From IMG/VR virus record IMGVR_UViG_2740892231_000012: 41,599 bases of DNA, one strand, 5' to 3'. Below are positions 8,317 to 18,808 of the stretch, one piece after another (position 1 is the stretch's first letter; each line of letters begins with the position of its first letter). The stretch comes from a virus (Duplodnaviria > Heunggongvirae > Uroviricota > Caudoviricetes). The translations under genes and the position numbers were made by a program. Under the pieces are notes generated by a model. It ran no database searches, had not been told where the DNA came from, and saw only the letters and a program-made list of their open reading frames with translations.

Positions 8317-9392
8317 GTGATTTCCCCCACTGTCAGCAGCTCACTGTCCCCCGCCTGAACCGACGTCAGCGGGCTGCGCACTTCAAAATCCTCCAGATTT
8401 TTCACCCCCGCCACGGCACGCCAGAAAGACGACGCCAGAACCAGACCGCCGGGCCGGGATTCGTTGTATAACAGGTCAGTCAGTGCCTGTTTTACGGCCG
8501 CCTGATTCTCCGGTGTTTTCGGGATGATCCTGATACTGAAGGGCACTGGCTTATTGGTCAGTTTAAACACGGTCACCGTCGGCCCCAGCGGCTGACCGAC
8601 AGGCTGACCGGTCGCCGGATCATCATGACTGCGGATATAATCCGCCACACGTTTCACATCACCTTCACCGGGAAAAATGTCCGGGTTGTTGTCCTGAACG
8701 AACGTCACCCCCACGCTGCCCGCCTGCGGCCATTCCGGGCGGCACCATGCCCGCGTCACCCCCGGCACTTCACGCGCCCAGCGTTCAAAATCGTACTGCG
8801 TGCCGCCGGACGGCGGATTCTGCACCCGGAAAACCAGGCGGGAAAGCAGCTCCGGCACTGTTTCCACATCCGCACCACCGGTGATCCCTGTTCCGGTCAC
8901 CGTGGCCGTCTGGTTGATCCCCGCCTGCGGAGTGACAAACGTCAGTTTCGTCCCTGCCGGGGCATTTCCCGCACGACCGGCACTTTCGGCCTCCACACTG
9001 ACATTCAGCGTACCGGCTTTACCGGTCAGTGAGGAGGTGATGCGGTAAACCACGCCGTCACTGCGCTGGAGAAGCACACCTTCCGTGATCCCCGCATCCG
9101 TGGTCAGCATCAGCTGAACCGGCCCGTCACCCCGTGAGGCGGGTTTACGCATGACACCCCAGAAAGCGCAGTGCTTCAGCAACTCGGCTTCATCGGCTTC
9201 TGTCGGGATGATCTGACGTGCAATCCAGGCCAGATGTTCATGCTCCTGTGCAGACAATCCTGCCTGAGCATACGCAATGGCATTCAGGGTGGTTTCATTC
9301 ACGCCCGGCTGCGAACCGGGAAGACGCTGGCTGATATCCTGCTGTGTCTGCGTGATTAATTGTGCCAGCGGTAAAGGCTGATAAGGCATCAC
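8307..9392 (-). CDS. Baseplate J-like wedge protein (Mu gp47-like)
   Basis: 361 aa, at the baseplate J position between the gp46-like and gp48-like genes. Confidence 0.7.
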   Translation of the reverse strand: MMPYQPLPLAQLITQTQQDISQRLPGSQPGVNETTLNAIAYAQAGLSAQEHEHLAWIARQIIPTEADEAELLKHCAFWGVMRKPASRGDGPVQLMLTTDAGITEGVLLQRSDGVVYRITSSLTGKAGTLNVSVEAESAGRAGNAPAGTKLTFVTPQAGINQTATVTGTGITGGADVETVPELLSRLVFRVQNPPSGGTQYDFERWAREVPGVTRAWCRPEWPQAGSVGVTFVQDNNPDIFPGEGDVKRVADYIRSHDDPATGQPVGQPLGPTVTVFKLTNKPVPFSIRIIPKTPENQAAVKQALTDLLYNESRPGGLVLASSFWRAVAGVKNLEDFEVRSPLTSVQAGDSELLTVGEITWL

Positions 9393-9826
9393 TCCCCCTT
9401 AAGATCAGCATAAAAAATCATGGGTCTTACCGAACCATCAGGCAGGGTTATGCGCACCGAAAGCGCCAGCCGCGCGTGTCCCACACGTTCTGCATGACAG
9501 ACCACGGATGACGCCACGCCATCCTGACTGAGCCAGCCCAGCGCCTCATCCGCGTAGGCACGGGCACGGCTTATCACGGAGACCAGCGTTTTTTCCCGGC
9601 TGAGAAGCCACAGACGGGAGCCAATGGGGCGCGGGCGAAAACTGTCTCCCCACCATCCCCGGCGGTCACGTGTGCCATCAGGGATTTCATCCGATGCCAG
9701 TGCCCGGCGGTCAGTAAACAGTGAAATCAGAACCGCTGTCAGCAGGCTGTCATCTGTCAGCAGGTCTGCACCGTTCAGTTGCAGCGAACCGCATCCCTGA
9801 TCCCACACAATTGCAATATCAGCCAT
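9389..9826 (-). CDS. Baseplate protein (Mu gp46 / gpW-like)
   Basis: Probable start MADIAIVWDQG...; the ORF track extends further 5' into the upstream gene. Position between the spike and J-like genes. Confidence 0.6.
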   Translation of the reverse strand: MADIAIVWDQGCGSLQLNGADLLTDDSLLTAVLISLFTDRRALASDEIPDGTRDRRGWWGDSFRPRPIGSRLWLLSREKTLVSVISRARAYADEALGWLSQDGVASSVVCHAERVGHARLALSVRITLPDGSVRPMIFYADLKGE

Positions 9827-10433
9827 TCTCCGGCGCTCCTGTCTTACTGCCTTCACCGTTATCATGATGTACATGGCCGGAATAGGTGATTCCCGCAATA
9901 ACAGCCTCGGACATCGTGAACGTACCCTGTGATTTTCCTGTGCCGTCAATGGTCAGATTACCTTTGATATGCAGGTTTTTATCCACCGTGACATTGCCCG
10001 TAAAGGTGGCTTCCGGTGTATCCACCTGAACACCTTCATCGGCGTAAATTTCCAGCGTCTTACAGGTCACAATGATCCGACCGTTCTTTGTCAGACGTAT
10101 ACGGTGCCCCTCATGGTGATACACGCCGGTATCTCCGGCAGTGAGTCCGGTCGGGCGACTGCGGCGGTCTTCCACCACAAGCACCACGGTCTGATCACGC
10201 TGCCCGCCCAGACAGGCAAAAAAGGTTTCCGCACCCGGCAGGGGAACACTGATCTGCCCGTACTGCTGGGGACGCTCCACATCATCAAAGGTTTCGCCGT
10301 CCATGCCGGTGAGCTGCACATTCTGCATTTTCAGTTCGTCATGTGTGCCGGTCAGAACGCCCCGGCCAAACAGCAGGCGAATGCCGCGCGTTACCGGGGC
10401 AATCAGGCGGCTGAACACTTCATCATTCATCAA
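9819..10433 (-). CDS. Baseplate assembly protein V / central spike (Mu gp45-like)
   Basis: 204 aa with Gly-rich C-terminal spike-like region (...NLTIDGTGKSQG...GHVHHDNGEG); syntenic position. Confidence 0.7.
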   Translation of the reverse strand: MMNDEVFSRLIAPVTRGIRLLFGRGVLTGTHDELKMQNVQLTGMDGETFDDVERPQQYGQISVPLPGAETFFACLGGQRDQTVVLVVEDRRSRPTGLTAGDTGVYHHEGHRIRLTKNGRIIVTCKTLEIYADEGVQVDTPEATFTGNVTVDKNLHIKGNLTIDGTGKSQGTFTMSEAVIAGITYSGHVHHDNGEGSKTGAPENG

Positions 10434-11547
10434 AGCTAATCCCCTGTTTTTTCATCTGCTGGCGAATAAAGGCATCAACATCATCACCGGAACCACCACG
10501 GCCCTTACTGTCCGGCTCTGCCGGAACGATAAAGCCGTCACGCGGTGCCAGTACCAGCCGGGTGACTTCCCCGTTCTGCTCATCCAGTAAAAACTCCACC
10601 TGGCAGACCAGCAGTTCAGTCTGTTCGATACCGAAACGCAGGGCTGAAACACCGGTCAGCAGATTGACATCCCATAACCGGCCATCATCCCGGAACCAGC
10701 CACGCACGGTGGCGGAAAACCGTTCTGAACGGGCAACCGCACGGCGCATCTCCCGCAGGGCGCGCTGCCGTGCACCGGTGGTGTCTGTCTGCTGATCGGC
10801 GAGGATGATTTTCGGCCGGTAGCGACCGATCTGCTCATCACTGATGATGCCCACTGGGGCCGCCAGCCGGGCGGCAGATTCGCTGTCTCCCCGTTTGCCA
10901 CCACCGCGTCCATGCCCCCGGACACGGTATTCGCTGTATCGTCCTCGCCAGTCCGTGTTGTAATCGGCATCAAGCAGGTTTTCCCCCAGCACCAGTCTGT
11001 CCGTCTGCTGATTTCCTGCCTGGGTGAACACCAGATCACCGTCAGCATTACTGGTCACCAGCACCCCACGATGCCGGGCCGCACGGGTCAGCGCATCCGC
11101 CACGGTTTCTGAGTTTTCCAGGGTAAAAGAGCTGAAGGGGCGTGCAGCCGTGTCGTCGTTAACCTGCCAGCGCACGGCTATTCCGAAGGGCGCACATAAA
11201 TCTGCGGCAATCTGTGCCAGCGTCCGGTTTCGCCACTGGCTGCCGGGATGGATGGCGGCACAGTCCACCAGGTCGCCGGTTTTATCCCGACCGTTAATGC
11301 TGATCTGATGACGGGTTGCACTGATCCGCTGACTGACCTGATCCAGCCAGCCACTGATGACAGTCTGCCCGTTAATTCTGAGCGTCAGGGACTGACCGGT
11401 CCGCAGGGCTGAGGGGATGCGCTCACCGGGCAGCATCAGCCCCAGTTCAAACGACCCGGCCAGATGCTCCAGAGAACGACGGACGCTTACCGTCAGCCAG
11501 CCGGAAAAAATACTGCCGCCAATATACAGCTCAATCCTGCTGCTCAC
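10423..11547 (-). CDS. Baseplate hub / late-control gpD-like protein (Mu gp44-like)
   Basis: 374 aa, immediately downstream of the DNA circulation protein, as in Mu. Confidence 0.7.
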   Translation of the reverse strand: MSSRIELYIGGSIFSGWLTVSVRRSLEHLAGSFELGLMLPGERIPSALRTGQSLTLRINGQTVISGWLDQVSQRISATRHQISINGRDKTGDLVDCAAIHPGSQWRNRTLAQIAADLCAPFGIAVRWQVNDDTAARPFSSFTLENSETVADALTRAARHRGVLVTSNADGDLVFTQAGNQQTDRLVLGENLLDADYNTDWRGRYSEYRVRGHGRGGGKRGDSESAARLAAPVGIISDEQIGRYRPKIILADQQTDTTGARQRALREMRRAVARSERFSATVRGWFRDDGRLWDVNLLTGVSALRFGIEQTELLVCQVEFLLDEQNGEVTRLVLAPRDGFIVPAEPDSKGRGGSGDDVDAFIRQQMKKQGISFDE

Positions 11548-12889
11548 TAATCACCTCCACACTGCGACCACCAGGAACAAAAACCGGATCAGGGATGTTG
11601 TTCCTGCGGACAAAATACTGCCAGCGACGGCTGTTGCCGGTGGCACGGTACAGCGTGACCAGTGCCGGTTCGGTGGTTCTCACCATGACCAGAGAAGCAC
11701 CGGGAAGATGCACGCTACGCGTTGTTAAATCCTCTGTCAGCGCAAGCCTGGCATCACGTAATGCAAGGGCGGTTCCGGTATGGCCCTGTGCGGACAAATC
11801 CAGCACCTGTTGTTCCAGGGCATCACTCAAATCCCGGTTGATCCGCTGCACATCGGCAGAACTTTCCAGCCAGGCCAGTCCGCCCTCCCGGTCTGTATCC
11901 TGAACGTGCGTCGCACTCTGCCGGACGACCTGATCCAGCAGTTTTCCTACCGTCTGCGCCTGTGACACCAGGGTTGCGCTCTGCATGACTGTCCGCAGCA
12001 GACGGATATTTTTCTGTGCCGCAGGCGTCAGACCAATCAGGATCTGCGGATCATCCTGCCCGCTGAGGGTATAACGCAGGGAAGAAAGTGTGCGGTACAG
12101 TTGCGGCATTGCCTGCTCTGTCATGCTGTCACGATTTGTGGTCAGGCTGCCGGACGGCGTTGCGGCCTTCCCGGTCAGTGACAGGGAAGGATCGCCGGGC
12201 AGTCCCGTCAGCACCGCAAACATTCCGGCCAGAGATTCAGCCATGCGACGGGGCGAATTAATCAGGGCGGCAGCATTCCCTTTCAGGGCAGTGAAACTGG
12301 CCGTAAAGGCACTGATATCCTGCACAATCCCCATTCCCGAAACGGCATTCTCCAGCGCATCAATTTTATCGCTGATGGTGTCGGTCATGGCCTGCACATC
12401 ATGCAGGCCGTCTGAAATCACTGTCCAGCTGTCTGAAAGCGTGTTAAACAACTGATTCATTGCTGAACCGCTTTTCTGCTCCAGAACGGCAGCCGTGTCT
12501 TCAGCCACCGCCGGTGCGGTATCGTCACTGGCGGGGATCGCGTTGATCGTGAACTCAACCGTTCCCTGTTCGCTGGCGTTATAACGGCTTTCAAAGCTGT
12601 TTATCAGCACATTTAAGGTGCCGTAATCCGGGTGCATCAGTTCACCGGCACCGGGTGCCCGCAGCGCATCCCGCAGGCGGCTTCGCTGCGTCTGAAGATC
12701 ATCGCCGATCACAAGAGCCGTGAATGTAAACTCCGGGAGTTTTGGCCCTAAATCATCCGCGCCGCCGCTTTCCCGCAGAGGATATTCACGGCGTACAATG
12801 TTACGTCCGCCCCGTTCCCGTTGTTCCTGATAAACCAGAAACGGTACACCACGAAAGGAGCCACGCCCCGGCGTGTCAGTAGAGGCCAT
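11531..12889 (-). CDS. DNA circulation protein (Mu gp43-like)
   Basis: 452 aa, directly downstream of the tape measure gene, as in Mu. Confidence 0.7.
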   Translation of the reverse strand: MASTDTPGRGSFRGVPFLVYQEQRERGGRNIVRREYPLRESGGADDLGPKLPEFTFTALVIGDDLQTQRSRLRDALRAPGAGELMHPDYGTLNVLINSFESRYNASEQGTVEFTINAIPASDDTAPAVAEDTAAVLEQKSGSAMNQLFNTLSDSWTVISDGLHDVQAMTDTISDKIDALENAVSGMGIVQDISAFTASFTALKGNAAALINSPRRMAESLAGMFAVLTGLPGDPSLSLTGKAATPSGSLTTNRDSMTEQAMPQLYRTLSSLRYTLSGQDDPQILIGLTPAAQKNIRLLRTVMQSATLVSQAQTVGKLLDQVVRQSATHVQDTDREGGLAWLESSADVQRINRDLSDALEQQVLDLSAQGHTGTALALRDARLALTEDLTTRSVHLPGASLVMVRTTEPALVTLYRATGNSRRWQYFVRRNNIPDPVFVPGGRSVEVISEQQD

Positions 12890-15097
12890 AGTTCCCTCCG
12901 TTCCAGACGTTCACATCCAGGCCATGCTGTGCGGTATCATCCACATCAATACTGCGTGCCCGCCAGCCTTCAGGGGCCACAAGCTCCACCCGTGCGGCGG
13001 TTTTCGCGGTGGCCTGTCCGCCATTTTCATCACTGCCCCGTAATTTCTGCCAGGCTTCGGTCAGCCATCCCCCCAGATAATCACCGAGATAACTGCCCAC
13101 CGTGGAGCCAATGGCAACCCCGACCGGACCGGCGGCAGCCCCCAGCGCGCCACCGGCGATACTTCCGGCAAGGGAACCCATGGCACCGGCTTTATCAGCT
13201 GCACTGGCGCTGTTGTCCAGCAGTACAGGAGCCGCCATGGCACCGGCCCACAGGGCACCACCGCCCAGCCGACCGGCACCACGGAACAACCCGGCAAAAC
13301 GCCCCAGCCCCATGCGGTTTCCGGCAGCCGAAAGCAGACCACCGGCACGGCTCATCATACGACCGAAGAAGCCCTGTTTACCGGCGCTCTCTGCCAGTTG
13401 TTCGCCTGCGGTCACAACGGTCGGGACACCCCGCCCACGTCCGGGGCCGCGTTTTTTACGGCCGCGCACGGTTTTGCCGTCACCGCTGACCACCACATCC
13501 CCGCCACCTGATGCCAGACCACCCGCAGGCCAGTTGGTGACCAGTACGGGCTGAACGGCAGCAGGATTTACCCCGGTAAGAAAGTTCATAAAACGCTGGC
13601 CGCGTCCTGGCTGCGTGCCCGGAACGGTGGTCTGCGGTTTACGAAAAGGCGAGGTCAGCACAGCGGCCGTGGATAACCCGTACCCCAACAATGCCGCCCC
13701 CGGTCGCAGTGCCCCAAGACCTATGGCGCGGACAGCCTTCAGCGCACGGGTGGCGAGATACATATACAGGAGATATTTCGCGGCGGTCTGTGCGCCCTGA
13801 CCAATGCGATCCAGCGCATCGCCATAACCAGCGTCACGCAATGCCTGAAGCGTTTCCCTGACTTTCTGAATGGCCCGGTAAAACCCCGTCGCTGCGTCTC
13901 TGGCATACTCAAACCCCTGATTCAGGGCTGAGGCTGTTTGTGTGGCCAGCTTGTCCTNNNNNNNNNNGCAATGCGATCCAGCGCATCGCCATAACCGGCG
14001 TCACGCAATGCCTGAAGCGTTTCCCTGACTTTCTGAATGGCCCGGTAAAAACCCGCCGCTGCGTCTCTGGCATACTCAAACCCCTGATTCAGGGCTGAGG
14101 CTGTTTGTGTGGCCAGCTTGTCCTGTAAGCCGCTTTTCTGTGCCGCATCGGCATAATCCAGGAAGCCTTTCAGGCTCTTTTTCAGGTTGTCAAATGGCCC
14201 TTTTGCCATTACTTCACGGGCAAATCCGTCCCAGACGTCGCCCATCATGGATGTCATCCCTGTCCATGAGTTCATGGCGTTTTTCTGGGCACCTTTTGCC
14301 TGTTCGGCCATCACCTGAAATAACAGCCGAATGCTGTCCGGTCCCAGTTTTCCTTTCTCGCCTTTCTCACGGATGATCTTCTGGTTTACACCCAGTTTAT
14401 CGGCCAGCAACTGGTAAACGTTTATCCCGTATCCGGTCAGGATACTGGCGTCCGCAGCCTGGATACTCTGGCGGGCAAACATCTGTTTGAGTTGCAGGGA
14501 CGCACCCTGTGCATCTGACAGTGACCAGCCGTGATAGCCGCCCTGATCCTGAAGCATGGTAATAAAGCGGCGGGCTTCCCTGTCACTCATACCGAACCCG
14601 CGACTGGAGGCGTATTCCTGCATAACCCCCGCCAGTCCCCAGGTGGTTTCCTTTGCGTTCTGTACCGCCCAGGCTTTCACTGCTTCCGTTTTTGCCGTAT
14701 CGCCATGATTAATGGCATTGAGACGCAGAATATAGTTCTCCATCTCTGCGGCCGGGCGGATAAAGGCTTTATTAAAACCATAGACCGCAGCCCCTCCTGC
14801 CAGCATCCCGTAAAGGTTGCTGAGACGTCCCAGCGTGCCGGTAATACTGCCCTGAAGACGGTCAAAATCCGACGTTACCGTGCGGATACTGCCACGGACA
14901 CCGGCAAGCGTACGCTGCATACGGGAGCCGACAAGCTCTGTCTCCTGACCGGCACGGCGGGCTGCATTTCCAATTCCACCCAGCCCCGTCCTGCCGACTC
15001 GGGAGAACGCCCCCAGCTCCTGTGACCACTGGCGGGATTTGGCAGAAACATTGCCGAGTAAATCGACAATCAGGGAGGCTTTCAGGTTTTTTGCCAT
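12876..15097 (-). CDS. Tail tape measure protein; interrupted by N10 gap at 13958-13967 with duplicated flanks
   Basis: Long, Ala/Gly-rich, largely helical ORF between the tail chaperone and DNA circulation genes. The track splits it into 391-aa and 321-aa pieces at the gap. Confidence 0.8.
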
Positions 15098-15224
15098 GGG
15101 TTACTGCTTCGTTCTGAGAATTTTTTCCGTTTGTTGGCAGTGCCGGTAAAGTTGCGATAAGGGGAGGTTAAGCGCCCATTCCGGGCCGCTTCTGGTCACC
15201 ATCCCCAGCACTATTGCCGCTTCT

Positions 15225-15701
15225 TCAATCTGCGCCCGACACTGCGCCTGCTCGCCCCCGGTCAGCCGCCAGCTTTCCGGCAAGCGCAGTATCCAGCAGG
15301 CTGACCGCTGCCATCAGACGGGAGAGATCGCGCTCGCTTAACTGCCCAATCTGGCGTTGTGACAACGGCCCCTGAATGTCACCGACAGCGGCAATCTGGC
15401 GACGCAGCAGCGCAATACCGCGCAGGGCCGGTGATGCCACCAGAACCGGGCCATTTCGGGTTTCCATAAGACGTTCAGCATCGGTTTCCGCATCAATGCT
15501 GTCTTTCGCCGTCAGTTCGCGGAAGGTGACGCGGTATTCACGGGATTCCCCGAACGGCAGACCGTCGAGCAGATCCACATAGCCTTTCGCCAGTTGTTCA
15601 GCCAGACCGGCGGTGCGTGGATCGCCGTCCTCAAGTGCATCACGGATAGCCTCAATAACGGCTTCGTCAGAAACCGCGTTTTTTTTCTTTCGTGTGGTCA
15701 T
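15225..15701 (-). CDS. Tail assembly chaperone (Mu gp41-like)
   Basis: 158-aa ORF between tube and tape measure genes. A second ORF (15101-15283) overlaps its 3' end in another frame. Confidence 0.55.
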   Translation of the reverse strand: MTTRKKKNAVSDEAVIEAIRDALEDGDPRTAGLAEQLAKGYVDLLDGLPFGESREYRVTFRELTAKDSIDAETDAERLMETRNGPVLVASPALRGIALLRRQIAAVGDIQGPLSQRQIGQLSERDLSRLMAAVSLLDTALAGKLAADRGRAGAVSGAD

Positions 15702-15715
15702 TGCATTTTTCCTGA

Positions 15716-16081
15716 TTACTGGACATGGGTACTGGTGGCACTGGCGAACTTCGCGGAGATCTCCCCACCACCGTCAAGTGAGGCCGGTTCACTGCTCCAG
15801 GCTTTCGTCATCATGTGGACTTCGCCGGTATCCGCCACAAACTCGATAGTGACCGCAGTCCAGGTGTTGATTTCATCAGCGGCCGGTGAACCTTCTCCGC
15901 CTGCCGGAAATTTGCAGTCCAGCGTCGCTTCACGTGGTTTCTGGCGGTAACCATAGACTTTCGCGCCTTTCACCACTTCACGTTCAAAACCTGACGGAGA
16001 AAATGTAGCCCCCTCAAGTGTCTCGTATTCCTGACCGTTCACACGGATAGTGGCCGTGCCCTGATACTGTTTTCCGCTCAT
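15716..16081 (-). CDS. Tail tube protein (Mu gp40-like)
   Basis: 121 aa, immediately downstream of the sheath gene. Confidence 0.75.
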   Translation of the reverse strand: MSGKQYQGTATIRVNGQEYETLEGATFSPSGFEREVVKGAKVYGYRQKPREATLDCKFPAGGEGSPAADEINTWTAVTIEFVADTGEVHMMTKAWSSEPASLDGGGEISAKFASATSTHVQ

Positions 16082-16089
16082 GCCTTACC

Positions 16090-17589
16090 TCACAAAATGA
16101 AACGGATCTGTGCTGCCAGGAAGCGGAACTGGTTAACCAGATCCGGCGTGCATAACACGTCAAGACGGTTTCGATCTGACGCATTACGCTCCACAAGCAG
16201 ATTCTTTTTAAAGGTGTCCAGATTTTCGACCAGCCCGAGTTCCACCCACTCTTCACCCAGCGAAATTAACTGAAGCTTCATGATCTCCGGCGTCACGATA
16301 TTCTGACCGGCACGAACGGGCGTCCCGTCATCAGCCAGTTTATGGCGCGGAAAACGTTGTGTGATAAAAGTACGCAGGGAATAACGCAGCCAGGAGAGGG
16401 TGTAGATGGTTTCCACATCCAGATAGCTGGGATCACTTTCGCCGTACACGTTCTGGCGATACATGGTCACCTGACGTTCGATCTGAACCACATCACCGGC
16501 AGCCACACTGACCGTGGCAATCCCTCCCCACAGCAGACTGTTACGCTCTTCACGCGTCAGACGATCGGCCGGGGCCGGGGCCATGCGTGACGGAAGCGCC
16601 AGCGTCTGAAGCGGACGCGCAGGATCTGCCCCCAGAGACGGCGCACAGGTGGCGCAGACCGCCGCTGCCCAGAGGTAATCCGGTTCAGGGGCTTTGGGAA
16701 TGAATGTGCAGGTCGCCAGAAAATCATTGCGTTTTGCCCCGAATGCCTGCACCTCACCAAACGTGCCGGTATGCGCCATCCACAGCACACCGTCAGACAT
16801 TTTGGCCGGTCCCCAGCGTTTCAGAAGCTCATCACTGATGATTTTCAGGTTTGCATCATCCTTATAGGGCATGACGACATAGTTGTACTGGCGATCGCCC
16901 ATACCCGCCACGCTTCGGGTGATATCCGGGTTAGTGGCTTTTGTTTTGGGATACCCAAGTTCAATGGTCAGTCCACCCGGTGTGGTTTCTCCGTCATGAT
17001 AATTAACACGGATATCATGTACGGAACATTCACCGGTAAAACGGGCATTAATTCCCATACTTCCCTTGAGTCCGCTGGCGTTATCTGCTACCTGACCTGC
17101 ATAAGCACTGAAGGGCGCATCAGCATCGGCATTAATAACAGAGACCAGAGCGTCAATAAGCTCCTTACCTTTCTGCCCCTTCGTGACAGCCAGCAGATAA
17201 CGCCGACCGCCGATATAAATGTGCAGAACACCATCCTGAGAGGCGGTGCCAATTATATTCATGAGACATGCCTGAGCCTGACCGGTGCCGCTCCCCTGAG
17301 CAATGGCATACAGTTCAGCATCAGGATTGATGGCGATAAATTCCGCCACCATCAGGGCAATCATGGAGCCGCGCCCCCAGAATTCTGTTGCCTGAGACGC
17401 ACGGGTGATCCTGACCGGAACATCCAGAACACCGGTACCGTCCACGGCATTCTCTTTCATTCTCGCCTGACCAAACAGCAGTACACACTGACGCTGTGCC
17501 GGGGTGCCGGTGACAGCCATGGAGTTATTAAACTCAACCTCAATCAGCGGTATACGGCGGTCATTACCGATCCCGTCAAAATTAATCAT
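16090..17589 (-). CDS. Contractile tail sheath protein (Mu gp39-like)
   Basis: 499-aa ORF at the sheath position, with size matching Mu sheath. Confidence 0.85.
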   Translation of the reverse strand: MINFDGIGNDRRIPLIEVEFNNSMAVTGTPAQRQCVLLFGQARMKENAVDGTGVLDVPVRITRASQATEFWGRGSMIALMVAEFIAINPDAELYAIAQGSGTGQAQACLMNIIGTASQDGVLHIYIGGRRYLLAVTKGQKGKELIDALVSVINADADAPFSAYAGQVADNASGLKGSMGINARFTGECSVHDIRVNYHDGETTPGGLTIELGYPKTKATNPDITRSVAGMGDRQYNYVVMPYKDDANLKIISDELLKRWGPAKMSDGVLWMAHTGTFGEVQAFGAKRNDFLATCTFIPKAPEPDYLWAAAVCATCAPSLGADPARPLQTLALPSRMAPAPADRLTREERNSLLWGGIATVSVAAGDVVQIERQVTMYRQNVYGESDPSYLDVETIYTLSWLRYSLRTFITQRFPRHKLADDGTPVRAGQNIVTPEIMKLQLISLGEEWVELGLVENLDTFKKNLLVERNASDRNRLDVLCTPDLVNQFRFLAAQIRFIL

Positions 17590-17831
17590 TGCGGTTTCTC
17601 CTTATCGGATGCCGGTTGGGCGACCGGTTTTTCTGTCGCAGTCGTTGCATCCGCAGATACAGCCGGAGCCTCTTCAGCGGCTTTTTCAGCCTGAATGACA
17701 TCGCCGTCATCAAGACGCCGACACCAGAACGGCGTGAAGGGCTTTTCCTCCCCCTCCTGTGCCAGCGGGCGCATTGTGTCGGGATCACGAATCAGGCGTC
17801 CCGGCGCGGGTTTGATAAAGATGGTTTTCAT
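17586..17831 (-). CDS. Small conserved phage protein (Mu gp38-like)
   Basis: 81 aa, translationally coupled between the gp37-like and sheath genes. Confidence 0.5.
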   Translation of the reverse strand: MKTIFIKPAPGRLIRDPDTMRPLAQEGEEKPFTPFWCRRLDDGDVIQAEKAAEEAPAVSADATTATEKPVAQPASDKEKPQ

Positions 17832-18392
17832 TTACAGTTCCTCCGGCGGTTCGACCGCCGTTGTCGTGTTCCCCGGCAAATCAATATGTGCCTCAAACGG
17901 CGGCGTACCGGGCGGCTCCACAAAGGTTTCGTAATGACGCAGGAAGTCGTCCAGCGAGCTGATATCGGTCAGCGGTGCGATCATTTCCTCGCAGGAGAAA
18001 TAAAGCGCATACATCACCGCACCACTGTTCGCCTGGGTTTCGGTGTAACCGTTGACCGCCTTTTCAAAGTAAAGCGGTGAGGTTTTTTCTGTTCTGAAGC
18101 CGTTAAGCACGGCAATCAGCCGGGCCACAATCTGATACAGTCCGGGGCGGCTGGCCTCACGCCCGTTGAGCATGTCGCCAATGACGTAGAACACCCAGTG
18201 ACTGACCAGGCGACCACGGGTACGGCCTTCACCGGCACCCAGCCAGGCAACGTAGATCGCCGGGGCGTTAATCAGCATGCTGCGCAGTACGCCGTCGCTC
18301 CAGTCGCCGGGATGCGTGTCAACAGACACCAGTTCATTCCCGAAATACTCACGGATGCGGGCGATGTATGCCTGTTCGGTTTCCGTAATCAT
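17832..18392 (-). CDS. Virion morphogenesis / neck protein (Mu gp37-like)
   Basis: 186 aa, syntenic between the gp36-like gene and the sheath block. Confidence 0.6.
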   Translation of the reverse strand: MITETEQAYIARIREYFGNELVSVDTHPGDWSDGVLRSMLINAPAIYVAWLGAGEGRTRGRLVSHWVFYVIGDMLNGREASRPGLYQIVARLIAVLNGFRTEKTSPLYFEKAVNGYTETQANSGAVMYALYFSCEEMIAPLTDISSLDDFLRHYETFVEPPGTPPFEAHIDLPGNTTTAVEPPEEL

Positions 18393-18808
18393 ACGAAGCC
18401 CTTCTGGTTGCGCCCGAATACCGCTGCATCAGACTGAACCAGTGGTAAATCCCCGGATTCAGGGGCTGCACCGTTCGTATCCACACCGACCGGCACATTG
18501 CCGTTCATGACATCTTTCAGCCAGGCCAGCGCTTCACGGTAACGGTCACGCGCCTGATCGGAGGCTCGCTGATCGCACAGGTAATAAAAGGCAATCGCGC
18601 AACAGTGCTGAACAAGAACAGCCGGGATAACCTCCAGCGGCAGCGTGTAACGGGCGGACAGATAGCTGTCGATAAGGGCTGACGCATCTGTCAGCGCCCG
18701 GTTCAGCTTGCGCGTGTCCGGCTCATCCGAACGGGGCACAGCCAGTAACGGCCTGAGCAAATCCTCGCGGTAACGCGCCCGCATATCGGTTTCAGTGGCG
18801 TAATTCAT
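18389..18808 (-). CDS. Head-tail connector protein (Mu gp36-like)
   Basis: 139 aa, syntenic position downstream of the major head region. Confidence 0.6.
   Translation of the reverse strand: MNYATETDMRARYREDLLRPLLAVPRSDEPDTRKLNRALTDASALIDSYLSARYTLPLEVIPAVLVQHCCAIAFYYLCDQRASDQARDRYREALAWLKDVMNGNVPVGVDTNGAAPESGDLPLVQSDAAVFGRNQKGFV

Noticed and set aside
12821-13554. Plus-strand ORFs of 222 and 150 aa, rich in Pro, Arg and Ala
   Set aside because: Antisense to the tape measure gene in a GC-rich stretch; composition typical of non-coding frames.
16771-17694. 307-aa plus-strand ORF
   Set aside because: Lies entirely antisense to the tail sheath gene; low-complexity translation with no start context. 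Treated as a shadow ORF.
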